Notes under the pieces: generated by a model
The model's database searches: none
The model's input: the letters and a program-made list of their open reading frames with translations, nothing else
Told to the model about the DNA's origin: nothing
Shown here: in pieces, positions 19,018-29,443 of the stretch
Position numbering within the stretch: position 1 is the first letter of the stretch
Layout: every line of letters starts with the position of its first letter
Position numbers and translations under genes: made by a program
DNA from: Tolypothrix carrinoi HA7290-LM1
Lineage (GTDB): Bacteria > Cyanobacteriota > Cyanobacteriia > Cyanobacteriales > Nostocaceae
Assembly (NCBI GenBank): GCA_019358935.1
Contig: JAHHIK010000046.1
Span: 1-59,465 of the forward strand
Reading direction: 5' to 3'
DNA: 59,465 bases

Positions 19018-20787
19018 TTAAGACGTTCTCACTGCCCCAGAGTAAATTAAACCGCGTTGCATATCCATTGTCAAAATCGCTCCATCGCGAATTACTTGCG
19101 TAGCTTTCTTCACCCCAACAATCACCGGCACGCCGAGACGCAAGCCAATCACTGCTGCGTGACTTGTGAGACTTTCCTCTTCAGTAATAATCCCGGCTGC
19201 TTTTCTAATTGCGTCAACAAAATCAGCACTTGTGCGGGGGGCAACTAAAATATCTCCGTGATTAAAGTTACTTACATCTAAGCCGCTGTTACCGACTCGT
19301 GCGCGACCGCTGACGGAACCTTGTCCGAGTCCAATTCCTTGACCTAGTATTGCCGTTACGACTTCAACTTTAATCAAATCCGTCGAGCCAGAAATCCCTT
19401 GGAGAGTGCCGGCGCTCATTACCACCAAATCCCCTTCAAATAAAAGCTGATTTTCTTGAGCAACATTGATCGCAGCTTGAAAAGTCTGACCGGCGGAAGG
19501 CAATTCTAGCACCAACAGCGGTTTTACTCCCCACACCATCTGTAATTGCCGTGCCACATTGACGTGAGGAGTTACAGCCAAAATCGGTGTTTGCGGACGG
19601 AATTTAGAGACATTGCGAGCTGTTGCGCCGGTTTGCGTTAAAGTCATAATTGCTGCCGCTCCGAGTTGCTCGGCAATTTGCCCCACCGCTTGACTGATGG
19701 CGTTAGGAATTGATCGCCTGGTATCTCTAGAGAGACGATTACTTGATTCTCGCGCTTCTTCCTGCTCAATACGCTCGGCAATTCGTGCCATAGTTGCTAC
19801 AGCTTCCACTGCGTATTCCCCCACCGCAGTTTCATTAGAAAGCATCACCGCATCCGTGCCATCTAAAATCGCGTTTGCCACATCCGACACCTCGGCGCGA
19901 GTTGGACGGGGATTGTTCACCATACTGTCTAACATCTGGGTAGCGGTGATGATGGGAATTCCCATGCGATTTGCCGTGGCAATCAGCCGCTTTTGCAGGA
20001 TAGGCACATCTTCTGCGGGTAATTCTACGCCTAAGTCGCCTCTAGCTACCATCACACCATCACACAAAGCCAGAACTGCTTCCATTTGTTCGATCGCTTC
20101 GTGCTTTTCAATTTTGGCAATTACTGGCACTTGTTTACCCGTGCTAGAAATTAGCTCTTTAATTTCGATCATGTCCTGCGGATTGCGGACAAAGGAAAGT
20201 GCTATCCAATCTACGCCTTGGTCTAGACCGAACATTAGATCCTCGCGGTCTTTGTCAGTCATCGCTTTAATTGAAAGGTAAACTCCGGGAAAGTTCACCC
20301 CCTTGCTGTTAGAAAGTTTACCAGCCACGGTGATGCGACAATGCAAATCGCCTTTTTCGCGGTTAATTTCCTCCACGACCATTTCCACTCGTCCATCGTC
20401 AAGAAGGATTTTTGCGCCAACGGGGACTTCCTCTGCCAAATAATCGTAGGTAACGCAGCTTATATCTTGCGTGCCAATCACCGGACGATTTGTCAAAGTA
20501 AAGCGATCGCCTTTTGCCACAACTATAGATCCATTCTCAAACTTACCCAAACGAATTTTTGGTCCTTGCAAGTCTTGGAGAATACCCACAGGCTGATTTA
20601 GTTCAAAGGCAGTTTGCCGAATTAAGCGAATATTACGTTGATGATCGGCATGACTACCGTGGGAAAAGTTTAGCCGCAGCGTCGTTGCACCAGCCTCAAT
20701 AATAGCTTTGAGCATTTCTGGGCTGCTGGTAGCAGGACCAATCGTAGCGACAATTTTTGTCCGGCGTAGAGAATCTCTTAGTTGCAT
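19018..20787 (-). CDS. pyk: Pyruvate kinase with C-terminal PEP-utiliser mobile domain
   Basis: RRTKIVATIGPA, DGVMVARGDLGVE, DAVMLSNETAVG, SLTSHAAVIG. Confidence 0.97.
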   Translation of the reverse strand: MQLRDSLRRTKIVATIGPATSSPEMLKAIIEAGATTLRLNFSHGSHADHQRNIRLIRQTAFELNQPVGILQDLQGPKIRLGKFENGSIVVAKGDRFTLTNRPVIGTQDISCVTYDYLAEEVPVGAKILLDDGRVEMVVEEINREKGDLHCRITVAGKLSNSKGVNFPGVYLSIKAMTDKDREDLMFGLDQGVDWIALSFVRNPQDMIEIKELISSTGKQVPVIAKIEKHEAIEQMEAVLALCDGVMVARGDLGVELPAEDVPILQKRLIATANRMGIPIITATQMLDSMVNNPRPTRAEVSDVANAILDGTDAVMLSNETAVGEYAVEAVATMARIAERIEQEEARESSNRLSRDTRRSIPNAISQAVGQIAEQLGAAAIMTLTQTGATARNVSKFRPQTPILAVTPHVNVARQLQMVWGVKPLLVLELPSAGQTFQAAINVAQENQLLFEGDLVVMSAGTLQGISGSTDLIKVEVVTAILGQGIGLGQGSVSGRARVGNSGLDVSNFNHGDILVAPRTSADFVDAIRKAAGIITEEESLTSHAAVIGLRLGVPVIVGVKKATQVIRDGAILTMDMQRGLIYSGAVRTS

Positions 20788-20877
20788 AAGGCTGAATAAG
20801 CGCGATCTATCTTGGGAGTCATACTAAGTTAACTGGCGTTTGTTTTCCGTCGCTCCTATATCCAAGCAGTCTTCTTG

Positions 20878-21115
20878 AGTGGGGGAGAGGGGGAGGGGGA
20901 GCACAGGGGGGGCAGGGGGGGCTGTTCTTGAGCAGGGGGAGCAGGGGGAGAGAGTATTAAATTTTGAATTTTCCTTATCCCCTTGTCTCCTTGTCTCCTT
21001 ATCCCCACGCCCGTCGCCCTTGTCCTCCTTGTCCTCCTTGTCCTCCTTGTCCTCCTTGTCCTCCTTGTCTCCTTGTCCCCCCATCTCCCCATCTCCCCAT
21101 CTCCCCATCTCCCCT
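20878..21115. repeat. Low-complexity tandem repeats (GGGGAG/GGGGCA, 9-mer TGTCCTCCT, 8-mer CCCCATCT)
   Basis: Read directly in the pyk-crtR divergent intergenic region. Confidence 0.85.
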
Positions 21116-21252
21116 AAAGGGTTCGTCACAGAATCATATCGTTATTCAGCTACAGATATCCTAAAATGGGGATAAATCTTGCTACACAAAACTTTATTAT
21201 TAATGAGTTTGTATCGTAGTAACTACAAAATTTGATTAACAAGGAGTTAAAA

Positions 21253-22146
21253 ATGGTAACGTCGGAGGCACAAAAGCCACTGACAGTCCCACCGAAGGAA
21301 TTTTTAGCGCCTCCGGGTGATTTTAATCCGACGCTGCTAATGTTACTAACGGCAGTGACAATGCTTGTTTTATCTAACTTCGGTTACTGGCTGTGGGAAT
21401 GGCAGCACTGGCTATGCTTTACTGTGAATACGATCGCTTTGCATATAGCCGGCACGGTGATTCACGATGCTTGTCATCAGTCTGCCCATCGGAACCGGGT
21501 AATTAATGCCATTTTGGGACATGTCAGTGCATTGATGCTCGTTTTTGCCTTTCCTGTGTTTACGCGGGTACATTTGCAGCATCATGCTCATGTGAACGAT
21601 CCAGAAAACGACCCAGACCATTATGTTTCTACTGGGGGACCGCTGTGGTTGCTTCCAGTCCGCTTTTTATACCATGAGGTATTTTTCTTTCAGCGGCAAC
21701 TGTGGCGCAAAAATGAGCTGATAGAATGGTTTCTCAGTCGGTTGTTTGTGGCGGTAATTTTCTATATCTCAGTTCAATACCACTTTTTGGGTTACATTCT
21801 CAACTTTTGGTTTATACCTTCTGCGGTAATTGGTTTAACACTGGGATTATTTTTTGATTATCTGCCACATCGTCCTCATCAAGAGCGCGATCGCTGGAAA
21901 AATGCCAGAGTTTACCCCAACCGAATTCTCAATATGATGATTATGGGGCAGAATTATCACCTAATTCATCATTTGTGGCCCTCTATTCCCTGGTATAATT
22001 ACCAGCCCACATACTATATGATGAAACCCCTTTTAGATGAAAAAGGTTGTCATCAAACTTCCGGACTGTTACAAAAGAAAGACTTTTTCGAGTTCGTCTA
22101 TGACATCTTTTTAGGTATTCGGTTTCATCACAACAAAGTAGAATAA
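21253..22146 (+). CDS. crtR: Beta-carotene hydroxylase
   Basis: His boxes HDACH, HLQHH, HLIHH; FFDYLPHRP; AAGGAG RBS before ATG 21253. Confidence 0.93.
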   Translation: MVTSEAQKPLTVPPKEFLAPPGDFNPTLLMLLTAVTMLVLSNFGYWLWEWQHWLCFTVNTIALHIAGTVIHDACHQSAHRNRVINAILGHVSALMLVFAFPVFTRVHLQHHAHVNDPENDPDHYVSTGGPLWLLPVRFLYHEVFFFQRQLWRKNELIEWFLSRLFVAVIFYISVQYHFLGYILNFWFIPSAVIGLTLGLFFDYLPHRPHQERDRWKNARVYPNRILNMMIMGQNYHLIHHLWPSIPWYNYQPTYYMMKPLLDEKGCHQTSGLLQKKDFFEFVYDIFLGIRFHHNKVE

Positions 22147-22150
22147 TAGG

Positions 22151-22180
22151 GTAGAGACGTTCGGTCCGGAACGTCTCTAC
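22151..22180. repeat. GTAG-type REP palindrome
   Basis: GTAGAGACGTTC-GGTCCG-GAACGTCTCTAC just after the crtR stop. Confidence 0.75.
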
Positions 22181-22242
22181 TAAATATCCCAGTTAAAATC
22201 CAAGAAGAGTAAGCAGTTTATTTAGTATCTCTCAAACTTTAA

Positions 22243-22485
22243 GTAGTAAGCGGCTCTATCCCTTAAAATGTTATGAGCGGTAAACCCTCACCCTCCGCTC
22301 CTCGCCAGTCGCTCATGGGGAGCCAGTGCGTTGGGGAGGCAGTGCGTTGCGTATTTTCCCCCCGTTGTAGCACCTGCCGTCGGCTCTGCCGACTTGAAGC
22401 ACCTGGCGTGGAGACCACGCCACTCTCCTCAACGCGGGGAACCCGCGCACGGAGGTGGCTCCCCAAGACCGCGCTGGCTCACTAC
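22243..22485. mobile_element. REP-like doublet containing four nested mini-elements
   Basis: GTAGTAAG..CTAC frame; CGCCA..TGGCT-type units nested in both orientations within 22303-22480. Confidence 0.7.
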
Positions 22486-22622
22486 GAGCATAGTATATTT
22501 TATGTTTAATTACGCCCACTTACTTATCTCTAAAAGACCCACAGGTAAATACTTTGCTTCTCTTCTTTTTATAGGTCGGCGTAGTAGTTCACGCTGTTTA
22601 AGAAAGCACTGGTAACAATCAT

Positions 22623-22784
22623 ATGAAAATTATGAAAATTTGGATGTGGAGTGCCCTTGGGCTTTTAGTTGTTAACTTATTTGTAGTTGCAATTGTGGCA
22701 TTTTTGATTCACAGAGATAGTACACAATTAAACCAGAATCAATCACAAAGCCAACAAAACCAAGTATACACAAATTGGGTTTAA
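22623..22784 (+). CDS. Small single-pass membrane protein (53 aa), below the ORF-track cutoff
   Basis: Hand translation MKIMKIWMWSALGLLVVNLFVVAIVAFLIHRDSTQLNQNQSQSQQNQVYTNWV*. Confidence 0.55.
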   Translation: MKIMKIWMWSALGLLVVNLFVVAIVAFLIHRDSTQLNQNQSQSQQNQVYTNWV

Positions 22785-22797
22785 TAATTCGCCAAGG

Positions 22798-23943
22798 TTA
22801 ACGAAAAAGCCCTGATGGTTTAGGCTGGGAATTTTCGACTTGAGCAGGAGCAATTACCTGCAAAGACCAATAGCTCACGACCATAAGAATTAAACCAGAA
22901 ACTGCGCCGATTAATAAGCCCATCAGTAAAGCAGATTTACTTGGAAAAATAGAAATAGTGGTATCATTTGTATAATTGTTTAAAAGCTGTGCTGATACCT
23001 CCGATTCAAAAACTTCGTTCGTGTTGTCTGTGGATAAAGGTATTTGAGGTTCAAATGTAAAGTCTTCTGATAGTAGAGTAATATCTGACTCATGCAGTGG
23101 CGTGTATAAATTTTTAAGTGGCAGAAGTGCCTCTAATACTTCTTTTGCCGACTTATATCTATCTTTAAAGTGATAATGCACCATATTATTGAGTACCGAG
23201 GCAAGCTGAGGATTAACCTGAGTTAGGTGTTGCCAAATTAGCTCACCTGTATTGCGATCTTCTGGTAATTGTGTTGGATGTACCCCAGTTAAAGCTTGGA
23301 TGCCAATTATGCCTAAAGCATAAATATCGCTATTAGGACGTGGTTTACCTCGCTGTTGCTCCTGCGGCATGTAGCCCGGAGTGCCGATCGCGATCGTAGA
23401 ATATTCAACAGGAATGAAGTTTTCTTGACCTCTAATCAATTGATTCCAGATTGGCTTGACAGCACCAAAATCAATCAGCACTAACCGATTATCCTGCTTT
23501 CTTCTAATAATATTACTCGGCTTGATATCTCGATGAATCATTCCCTGGCTGTGAACAAAATTCAGGATACCCAAAACTTCTTGCAGTAGTTGAAAAACTT
23601 TATTTTCCGACCAACGTTTACCAGGCAAAAATTCTGCATTTAAAGGATGTCCTTCAATAAACTCTTGCACTAGGTAAAACTCAAGATTGTCTTCAAAATA
23701 AGTCAAAAGATGAGGAACCAAATCGTAGTTATTTAGTTTTTTTAGAGCCTCTGCTTCTCTAGTAAATATCCTTCTACGAATTTCTACCGGGATGGGACAT
23801 TCACTGCTAGGTAAGAAATGTTTAACAATGCAGGTGGGATGCTCGGGCAGATGAGTGTCTTGAGCCATGTAAGTTCGACAGAATAGACCTTGACTTAAAA
23901 CTTGGACAACCTGGTAACGTTGTTTTAGTAACTGGCTTAACAT
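22798..23943 (-). CDS. Hanks-type Ser/Thr protein kinase with C-terminal TM helix
   Basis: IHRDIKPSN, LIDFGAVK, IGTPGYMP, SDIYALG. Confidence 0.95.
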   Translation of the reverse strand: MLSQLLKQRYQVVQVLSQGLFCRTYMAQDTHLPEHPTCIVKHFLPSSECPIPVEIRRRIFTREAEALKKLNNYDLVPHLLTYFEDNLEFYLVQEFIEGHPLNAEFLPGKRWSENKVFQLLQEVLGILNFVHSQGMIHRDIKPSNIIRRKQDNRLVLIDFGAVKPIWNQLIRGQENFIPVEYSTIAIGTPGYMPQEQQRGKPRPNSDIYALGIIGIQALTGVHPTQLPEDRNTGELIWQHLTQVNPQLASVLNNMVHYHFKDRYKSAKEVLEALLPLKNLYTPLHESDITLLSEDFTFEPQIPLSTDNTNEVFESEVSAQLLNNYTNDTTISIFPSKSALLMGLLIGAVSGLILMVVSYWSLQVIAPAQVENSQPKPSGLFR

Positions 23944-24191
23944 GTTACGATCTACCTAACGGTTGTATTAAGTAATTTTACTTAAATAAATTTATCTATA
24001 AAATTAATATATAGTTTTTATGTAAGAAGCTTTACGTAAATTATCTACAGTTGTATTTAAACTTCATAAAAAATGTATCTAGCTCTTGCACTCCTGTTTG
24101 TCAAGCAGGTAAATTGATCGGTGAACCAGAAATTGACATTAAGTACTCATTGCATCCTGTTTATGACTAACTAAATTACAGGAAGAAAAAA

Positions 24192-25250
24192 ATGAAGAAT
24201 ACTAGCAAAAAAATCCCACTAAGCAAAGATGCCCAACAAATGATCAGAGGTCTGATATTTGGCGAACTACTTACAATTGTAATAATTGGCGGACTGTGGT
24301 TGTGGCTAAGACCGCGCTTGTGGGTCAACAATGGTACTTTTTCTTCCTCTGGTCAAGATACAAACACTACCTCTACTTCTGCAACTTCAACCTTTGAAAC
24401 TGTTAGTGATGTGCCAATTGGTGCATTTAAATACGGTGGAAGTACGACTTGGGCACCGATTAGGCAACTCGTAGATTCTTATATTCAAAACACTCGTCCG
24501 GAACTACAACTCCAATATGTAGACCCCACTAACGGTAGCCCTGGTTCCGGAGCAGGTATTAAAATGTTGCTTGATGGGAAATTAGATTTTGCTGAATCTT
24601 CCCGTCCCCTGACTGCCGAAGAGTATGCGCTAGCTAAACAGCGAGGTTTTACACTTGAGCAACGCGAAATAGCTACCGATGGAATAGCAGTAGCAGTCAA
24701 CCAAGCACTTAATTTACCAGGCTTAACCGTTGAGCAGTTGCAACAAATTTATTCAGGGCAAATTACTAACTGGAAGCAAGTAGATGGACCAGACTTGGCG
24801 ATTATCCCTTTGTCGCAGCAGCCAGAGAACGCAGACACAGTATTATTCGACAAGCCATTAAAACAGACGCTTGGTTCTAATGTTCAGTATGTCTATTCTA
24901 CCACGGAAGCACTACGCCGAGTCAGTAAAACTCCTGGCGCTGTATATTACGGTTCTGCGCGAGGTGTAGTACCTCAGTGTACCGTCAAGGCTTTACCTTT
25001 AGGTCGGGTGTCTACGCAGCTAATTTCTCCTTATCGTGAACCGTTAATACCTTCAAATCAGTGTCCGCAAAAGCGCAATCAGGTTAACACCGAAGTTCTC
25101 AAGAACGGTAGTTATCCAATAAAGAGCAAATTATTTGTGATTGTTAAGAAAAACAACGGTCGAGAAGAGAAAGTTGGGGAAGCTTATACTAGACTTTTGC
25201 TGAGTGACCAAGGAAAAAAGGCGATCGCTCAAGCTGGGTTTATCCCCTAG
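24192..25250 (+). CDS. PstS-family (PBP-like) substrate-binding protein, membrane anchored
   Basis: YGGSTTWAP, GSGAGIKML, ESSRPL, ATDGIAVAVN; N-terminal TM. Confidence 0.88.
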   Translation: MKNTSKKIPLSKDAQQMIRGLIFGELLTIVIIGGLWLWLRPRLWVNNGTFSSSGQDTNTTSTSATSTFETVSDVPIGAFKYGGSTTWAPIRQLVDSYIQNTRPELQLQYVDPTNGSPGSGAGIKMLLDGKLDFAESSRPLTAEEYALAKQRGFTLEQREIATDGIAVAVNQALNLPGLTVEQLQQIYSGQITNWKQVDGPDLAIIPLSQQPENADTVLFDKPLKQTLGSNVQYVYSTTEALRRVSKTPGAVYYGSARGVVPQCTVKALPLGRVSTQLISPYREPLIPSNQCPQKRNQVNTEVLKNGSYPIKSKLFVIVKKNNGREEKVGEAYTRLLLSDQGKKAIAQAGFIP

Positions 25251-25253
25251 TTC

Positions 25254-25309
25254 GTCGTCAGCAGTTTACTGCTCATGAAAAAGATTTTAAGGACTGAAGT
25301 CCTTACTAC
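25254..25309. repeat. GTAG-type REP doublet between convergent genes
   Basis: GTCGTCAGCAGTTTACTGCTCA ... TAAGGACTGAAGTCCTTACTAC. Confidence 0.6.
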
Positions 25310-25355
25310 CTGACGGAGCGTTTACTTAATAAAAGTTTATAATTAACTAGAGAAG

Positions 25356-25727
25356 TTAGGGCGAATTCCAGTCTGGGCGCAAGTTAGCAGCGTCACGCAA
25401 ATAGATATGGTGAATTGGTTCGGAGGGTGGGAGGTAGGCGTGAACTAGAAAACGGACGCAACGTTCCAAACTACCCTCAACGTGCATTTGCTGCACATCT
25501 AACATTGCCACATTATCCCAACAAGAACGAGTTCGTGCGATCGCCGCCGGAAAAATAGCATCCAAATCCTGTGTCACTGAGAAAGTAACACTAATCATGT
25601 CTGTTGGATGTAGGTGATTTCGTTTTTCCAGTTCATCTAACAGTTCTACAACCGCTTCACGCATCGCCTCAACGGTATTTTCCGCAACAGTTGTTGCTCC
25701 GCGAATAGCCCGCATTCGCCACTCCAC
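25356..25727 (-). CDS. aroH: AroH-type chorismate mutase
   Basis: MRAIRGATT, FSVTQDLDAIFPA, HIYLRDAANLRPD; GTG start after GGAGG. Confidence 0.93.
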   Translation of the reverse strand: MEWRMRAIRGATTVAENTVEAMREAVVELLDELEKRNHLHPTDMISVTFSVTQDLDAIFPAAIARTRSCWDNVAMLDVQQMHVEGSLERCVRFLVHAYLPPSEPIHHIYLRDAANLRPDWNSP

Positions 25728-25869
25728 GCCAATTTCCTCCTTTTTTCGATTTTGCGAAAAGTTTGAGCGGAGGTTTCCTCCGATCAAAGCTTTTCAAGAC
25801 GGATTTTAGATTTGAGATTTTGGATTTAACAACAATCTCAAATCCAAAATCTCAAATCCAAAATTCCCT

Positions 25870-26691
25870 TTACGGTCGATACAACCACAAAGGCTGACCG
25901 CTGGTGGACATTTCAAATTCCATCCAATCAATTCCAGCCTTTAGTCCTGACGAAACCTGAGCGCTTCCTGGTAGCAAGCGACTCAATAAGGGTTTATGTT
26001 CTTCTAAAGTGTAAGTGAGCGTTTTTTCTGGATCGAGACCCACTAGTTCTGCTGTCCAACGTCGCGCATCTTCTTCTGTTCCCAGTCGGTCTACAACACC
26101 CAACTCTAAAGCTTGCTGTCCGGTAAAAATCCGACCATCGGCGAAACTTTTCACAGTTTCTTCTGCTAAAGAACGCCCTTCGGCTACTGCTTGCACAAAC
26201 TGTTGGTAACTTGTGTCAATTAGCTGTTGTAGGATGTTTTGTTCTGGTTCAGTTAGTTCCCGGTCGAATGACAAAATGTCTTTGTAGGGACCAGATTTAA
26301 CTACCTGAAAAGAAACACCGATTTTTTCCAGCAAGCGTTCTATATTATTTCCACGCAAAATTACACCTATACTACCCGTAATTGTACCAGGGTTAGCAAC
26401 GATGTGTTCGGCTCCCATGCCGATATAGACACCACCAGAAGCGGAAATATTACCAAAACTAGCGACAATTTTGATTTTTTCGCGCAAACGCTTGAGGGCG
26501 CTGTAGATTTCTTGGGAATCTCCGACTGTACCACCAGGACTGTCAATGCGTAGCAGCAATGCGGGGAACTTGCGTTCCTCTACAGTTTTTAGGGCTTCTA
26601 AAACACGTTTGCGAGTAGCACTGGCGATCGCTCCGGTAATTTCAATCCGAGCAATTTGTTTACGAAACTTGGACTTAAAAGGCCAAACCAT
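25870..26691 (-). CDS. sppA: Signal peptide peptidase SppA (S49, short form)
   Basis: RIDSPGG, SASGGVYI, TGSIGVI, KSGPYKD. Confidence 0.94.
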   Translation of the reverse strand: MVWPFKSKFRKQIARIEITGAIASATRKRVLEALKTVEERKFPALLLRIDSPGGTVGDSQEIYSALKRLREKIKIVASFGNISASGGVYIGMGAEHIVANPGTITGSIGVILRGNNIERLLEKIGVSFQVVKSGPYKDILSFDRELTEPEQNILQQLIDTSYQQFVQAVAEGRSLAEETVKSFADGRIFTGQQALELGVVDRLGTEEDARRWTAELVGLDPEKTLTYTLEEHKPLLSRLLPGSAQVSSGLKAGIDWMEFEMSTSGQPLWLYRP

Positions 26692-27040
26692 GAGCAGTCA
26701 AAAACCTCGTTATAAACTTAATATAAAATGCAAGAGCGCGAATCTAACTCGATGAATCTATATAAATAACAACGAGCAAGCCGCAGTGCTATCGGCATTT
26801 TAATTGAATTTTTGTGATTTATGCGTATCTTCATTTATTATCTTATCTCCTACCCATCAAGCCTTTAAGCCGAATCGTGCGTTTTGGGTAGGTGATAACT
26901 TTTAAATTAATATTTAAATAATAATTAAGTTTTACCAATCCCTTTGTAGATAAGGACTAGCAGCTTTTTCAAGTTCTGTTTTATCTATTTTTTAGAAGTT
27001 ATGCAATTTACGAGCGAATCTATAATGCTGTTTGCCGCAC

Positions 27041-27337
27041 TTAAGAACCGCTTCGTAAAATTTGACACCGATAATAAACATACGTATCAAATAGCGCACC
27101 AACGAAACTACAAGTTAAACAAATTACAAATATTCCGCGTAAGGGAGTGCCGCTGCCAAAGGTTGCAAGAAAACGGATAATAGATGTGGCGATCGCGCTA
27201 CTCACATCTTGTATACCTGGAATGTTACCGATCAGCGATAGAGAAAACAAACAAACGCCCACTAAAAACAAAGGAGCGACAAAACTAAAAATAATCGTCA
27301 GCAGCAGCGAGCGGAGAAAATTAGTAAAAATAGTCAT
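27041..27337 (-). CDS. Conserved hypothetical membrane protein
   Basis: 98 aa, two TM segments, FLATFGSG..VGALFDTY. Confidence 0.75.
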   Translation of the reverse strand: MTIFTNFLRSLLLTIIFSFVAPLFLVGVCLFSLSLIGNIPGIQDVSSAIATSIIRFLATFGSGTPLRGIFVICLTCSFVGALFDTYVYYRCQILRSGS

Positions 27338-27631
27338 TTTCGGACAGGCTCCGTGAGTGAATTGGTAAGAGCTATATACCTGTATGTCACTTTCTACAAT
27401 AAGTGCGATCGCCCTCCCACAGACAATATGTCAAAAATCTTAAGTTTTCATTAAAATAATTATCTACCACTTTTACTAGATGCTAAGAGCAGTTATAATA
27501 CCTAAAATTATTAAAAACCTGGATAAATAAAGCTTTCCATCAAAGATTGCCGCACTTAAGAGACTACCAAGCAACCTCAGACACGCTTAATATTCTGAGA
27601 GGAGCTTTAAGCTAAGTTAATATTCCGCCTA

Positions 27632-27850
27632 GGTGGGGAGATGGGGAGACAAGGGCGACGGGCGTGGGTGACAAGGGGAGGACGAGCGCGAGTGCGTATT
27701 TTCCCAAGCCACTGCGTTGCGGTGAGTCCACTCGGCGGTGTCGGTTTGGGTCCCGTCGAAGTGGCGAACCCGAAGGGAGGTTCCCTCCGTTGAAGCATGT
27801 GGCGTCCCCGCCCGTGGAACGTGTCCACTGGACTTGGGGGACAAGGGGAA
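27632..27850. repeat. Composite of GGGGACAAG-type repeats and nested mini-elements
   Basis: AGCCACTGCG..GTGGCG units and GAACCCGAAGGG in reverse orientation. Confidence 0.65.
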
Positions 27851-27852
27851 AA

Positions 27853-27978
27853 AATGCCCAATGCCCAATGCCCAATGCCCAATGCCCAATGCCCAATGCC
27901 CAATGCCCAATGCCCAATGCCCAATGCCCAATGCCCAATGCCCAATGCCCAATGCCCAATGCCCAATGCCCAATGCCC
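27853..27978. repeat. STRR array (AATGCCC)18
   Basis: 18 perfect heptamer copies counted. Confidence 0.95.
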
Positions 27979-28044
27979 AACCACTAACAACAAATAACTG
28001 ACTTTCGCTATTCTTAAGGCAGTTACCGAGTTAAGTTGTAAAGT

Positions 28045-28842
28045 TTGAGCAAGACTACATCCAAATTCAGCTTAGGAATATGGAGTCAGCGATTGCTGGC
28101 GGCAATTCTTTTAGGTGGACAAGTATTAGTTCACCTAATTAGGGGCAAAATCCATCGGCGCAACACCTTAGAGCAAATGGCAGCGGTTGGACCCGATTCG
28201 CTCTTCATTGCTTTATTGACGGCTGTTTTTGTAGGTGCGGTGTTTACCATCCAGGTAGCGCGGGAGTTTATCAATTTTGGGGCAGGAAACGTCGTTGGCG
28301 GAGTGTTGGCGATCGCCTTAACAAGAGAACTCTCACCGGTGCTGACAGCAGTGATTTTGGCGGGACGAGTCGGTTCGGCATTTGCAGCGGAAATCGGCAC
28401 TATGCGCGTCACAGAACAAATTGATGCCCTGCTAATGTTAAAAACCGATCCGATTGATTATCTAGTTATTCCCCGCGTAATTGCTTGCGGCTTGATGTTG
28501 CCAATTTTAACTCTTTTGTCTTTAGTCACAGGCATGTTGGGAGGATTGATAATTGTCACGAATATATACAACCTCTCGGAAACGGCATTTTTAGACTCGG
28601 CTCGTAACTTTCTCGGCATTTGGGATATTTGTAGTGCCTTGATTAAAGCGGGTTTCTTCGGAGTTTTAATCGCCGTTATTGGTTGCAGTTGGGGGATGAC
28701 GACAACCGGCGGAGCCAAAGGTGTGGGACAATCAACCACAACTGCGGTTGTTACCGCTTTGTTGATGATATTTGTCTGCAACTTCTTTCTTTCTTGGTTA
28801 ATGTTTCAGGGAACCGGCAGTGCATCGGTACAAGGATTGTAG
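28045..28842 (+). CDS. mlaE: MlaE/TGD1-family lipid ABC permease
   Basis: [47 protein letters not shown]. Confidence 0.92.
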   Translation: MSKTTSKFSLGIWSQRLLAAILLGGQVLVHLIRGKIHRRNTLEQMAAVGPDSLFIALLTAVFVGAVFTIQVAREFINFGAGNVVGGVLAIALTRELSPVLTAVILAGRVGSAFAAEIGTMRVTEQIDALLMLKTDPIDYLVIPRVIACGLMLPILTLLSLVTGMLGGLIIVTNIYNLSETAFLDSARNFLGIWDICSALIKAGFFGVLIAVIGCSWGMTTTGGAKGVGQSTTTAVVTALLMIFVCNFFLSWLMFQGTGSASVQGL

Positions 28843-28910
28843 TAGAGGCGGGGTCTGCCCGCTCTAAAATAGGAATAATATCTACATTGAGTCAAGCAGG
28901 ATTTGAGACT

Positions 28911-29297
28911 ATGACCAGAACCTATGCTTCTAACGCGGCATCAACCGTAGAACTCAAGCCTAGTTACAATATACCTGTAGTGTTGGTTATTGCTGCCATT
29001 CCTCTGATTTTGGTGCAACCAATAGTCGGAGGTGCTTTTGCCCTTTTTGGCTTGTTTCTCATGTTTCAAGCAGTAACTCTGCGTTTGCAATTTACCGCTA
29101 CAGACTTAGATATTTACAGAGGTGAAAAATTAATTCGCCGCTTTCCTTACCAGGAATGGCAAAATTGGCGTATCTTCTGGAATGGGGTTCCTATATTGTT
29201 TTACTTTAAAGAAGTCAAAAGTATTCACTTTTTGCCGATTATATTTGACCCCAACACCCTAAAAACTTGTTTAGAAGAACGTTGTCCGCGTATTTGA
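28911..29297 (+). CDS. DUF3119-family protein
   Basis: LFYFKEVKSIHFLPIIFD motif; mlaE-DUF3119-DUF3086-plsY order; ATG at 28911. Confidence 0.85.
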   Translation: MTRTYASNAASTVELKPSYNIPVVLVIAAIPLILVQPIVGGAFALFGLFLMFQAVTLRLQFTATDLDIYRGEKLIRRFPYQEWQNWRIFWNGVPILFYFKEVKSIHFLPIIFDPNTLKTCLEERCPRI

Positions 29298-29443
29298 GTC
29301 AAGAGTCCACAGTCCAAAGTTTATAGTGAAAAAGTCAATATTTTGATTCTTGACTCAAGACTATTGACTTTTAACTCATGACTGCGATCGCAAGTGAATT
29401 GTAATATTTCACTTTTAGCTATCTATATATTGCACTATTGTTT

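Noticed and set aside
19697..20281. 194-aa antisense ORF in pyk, and other shadow ORFs
   Set aside because: They lie wholly antisense to well-conserved genes and are expected by chance
20824..21175. Several 66-101 aa ORFs (DKEDKE, CPPCPP), superficially like RiPP precursors or metallothionein
   Set aside because: Several frames are open only because of stop-free 8/9-mer repeats in a divergent promoter region
22263..22615. Four short ORFs
   Set aside because: They derive from GC-rich nested mini-elements and have no protein-like features
27607..28001. Six overlapping ORFs (GIGHWAL/MPNAQCP)
   Set aside because: They are products of the (AATGCCC)18 array
28683..28910. Extended N-terminus for the DUF3119 gene
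   Set aside because: It overlaps mlaE in another frame; ATG 28911 fits the family
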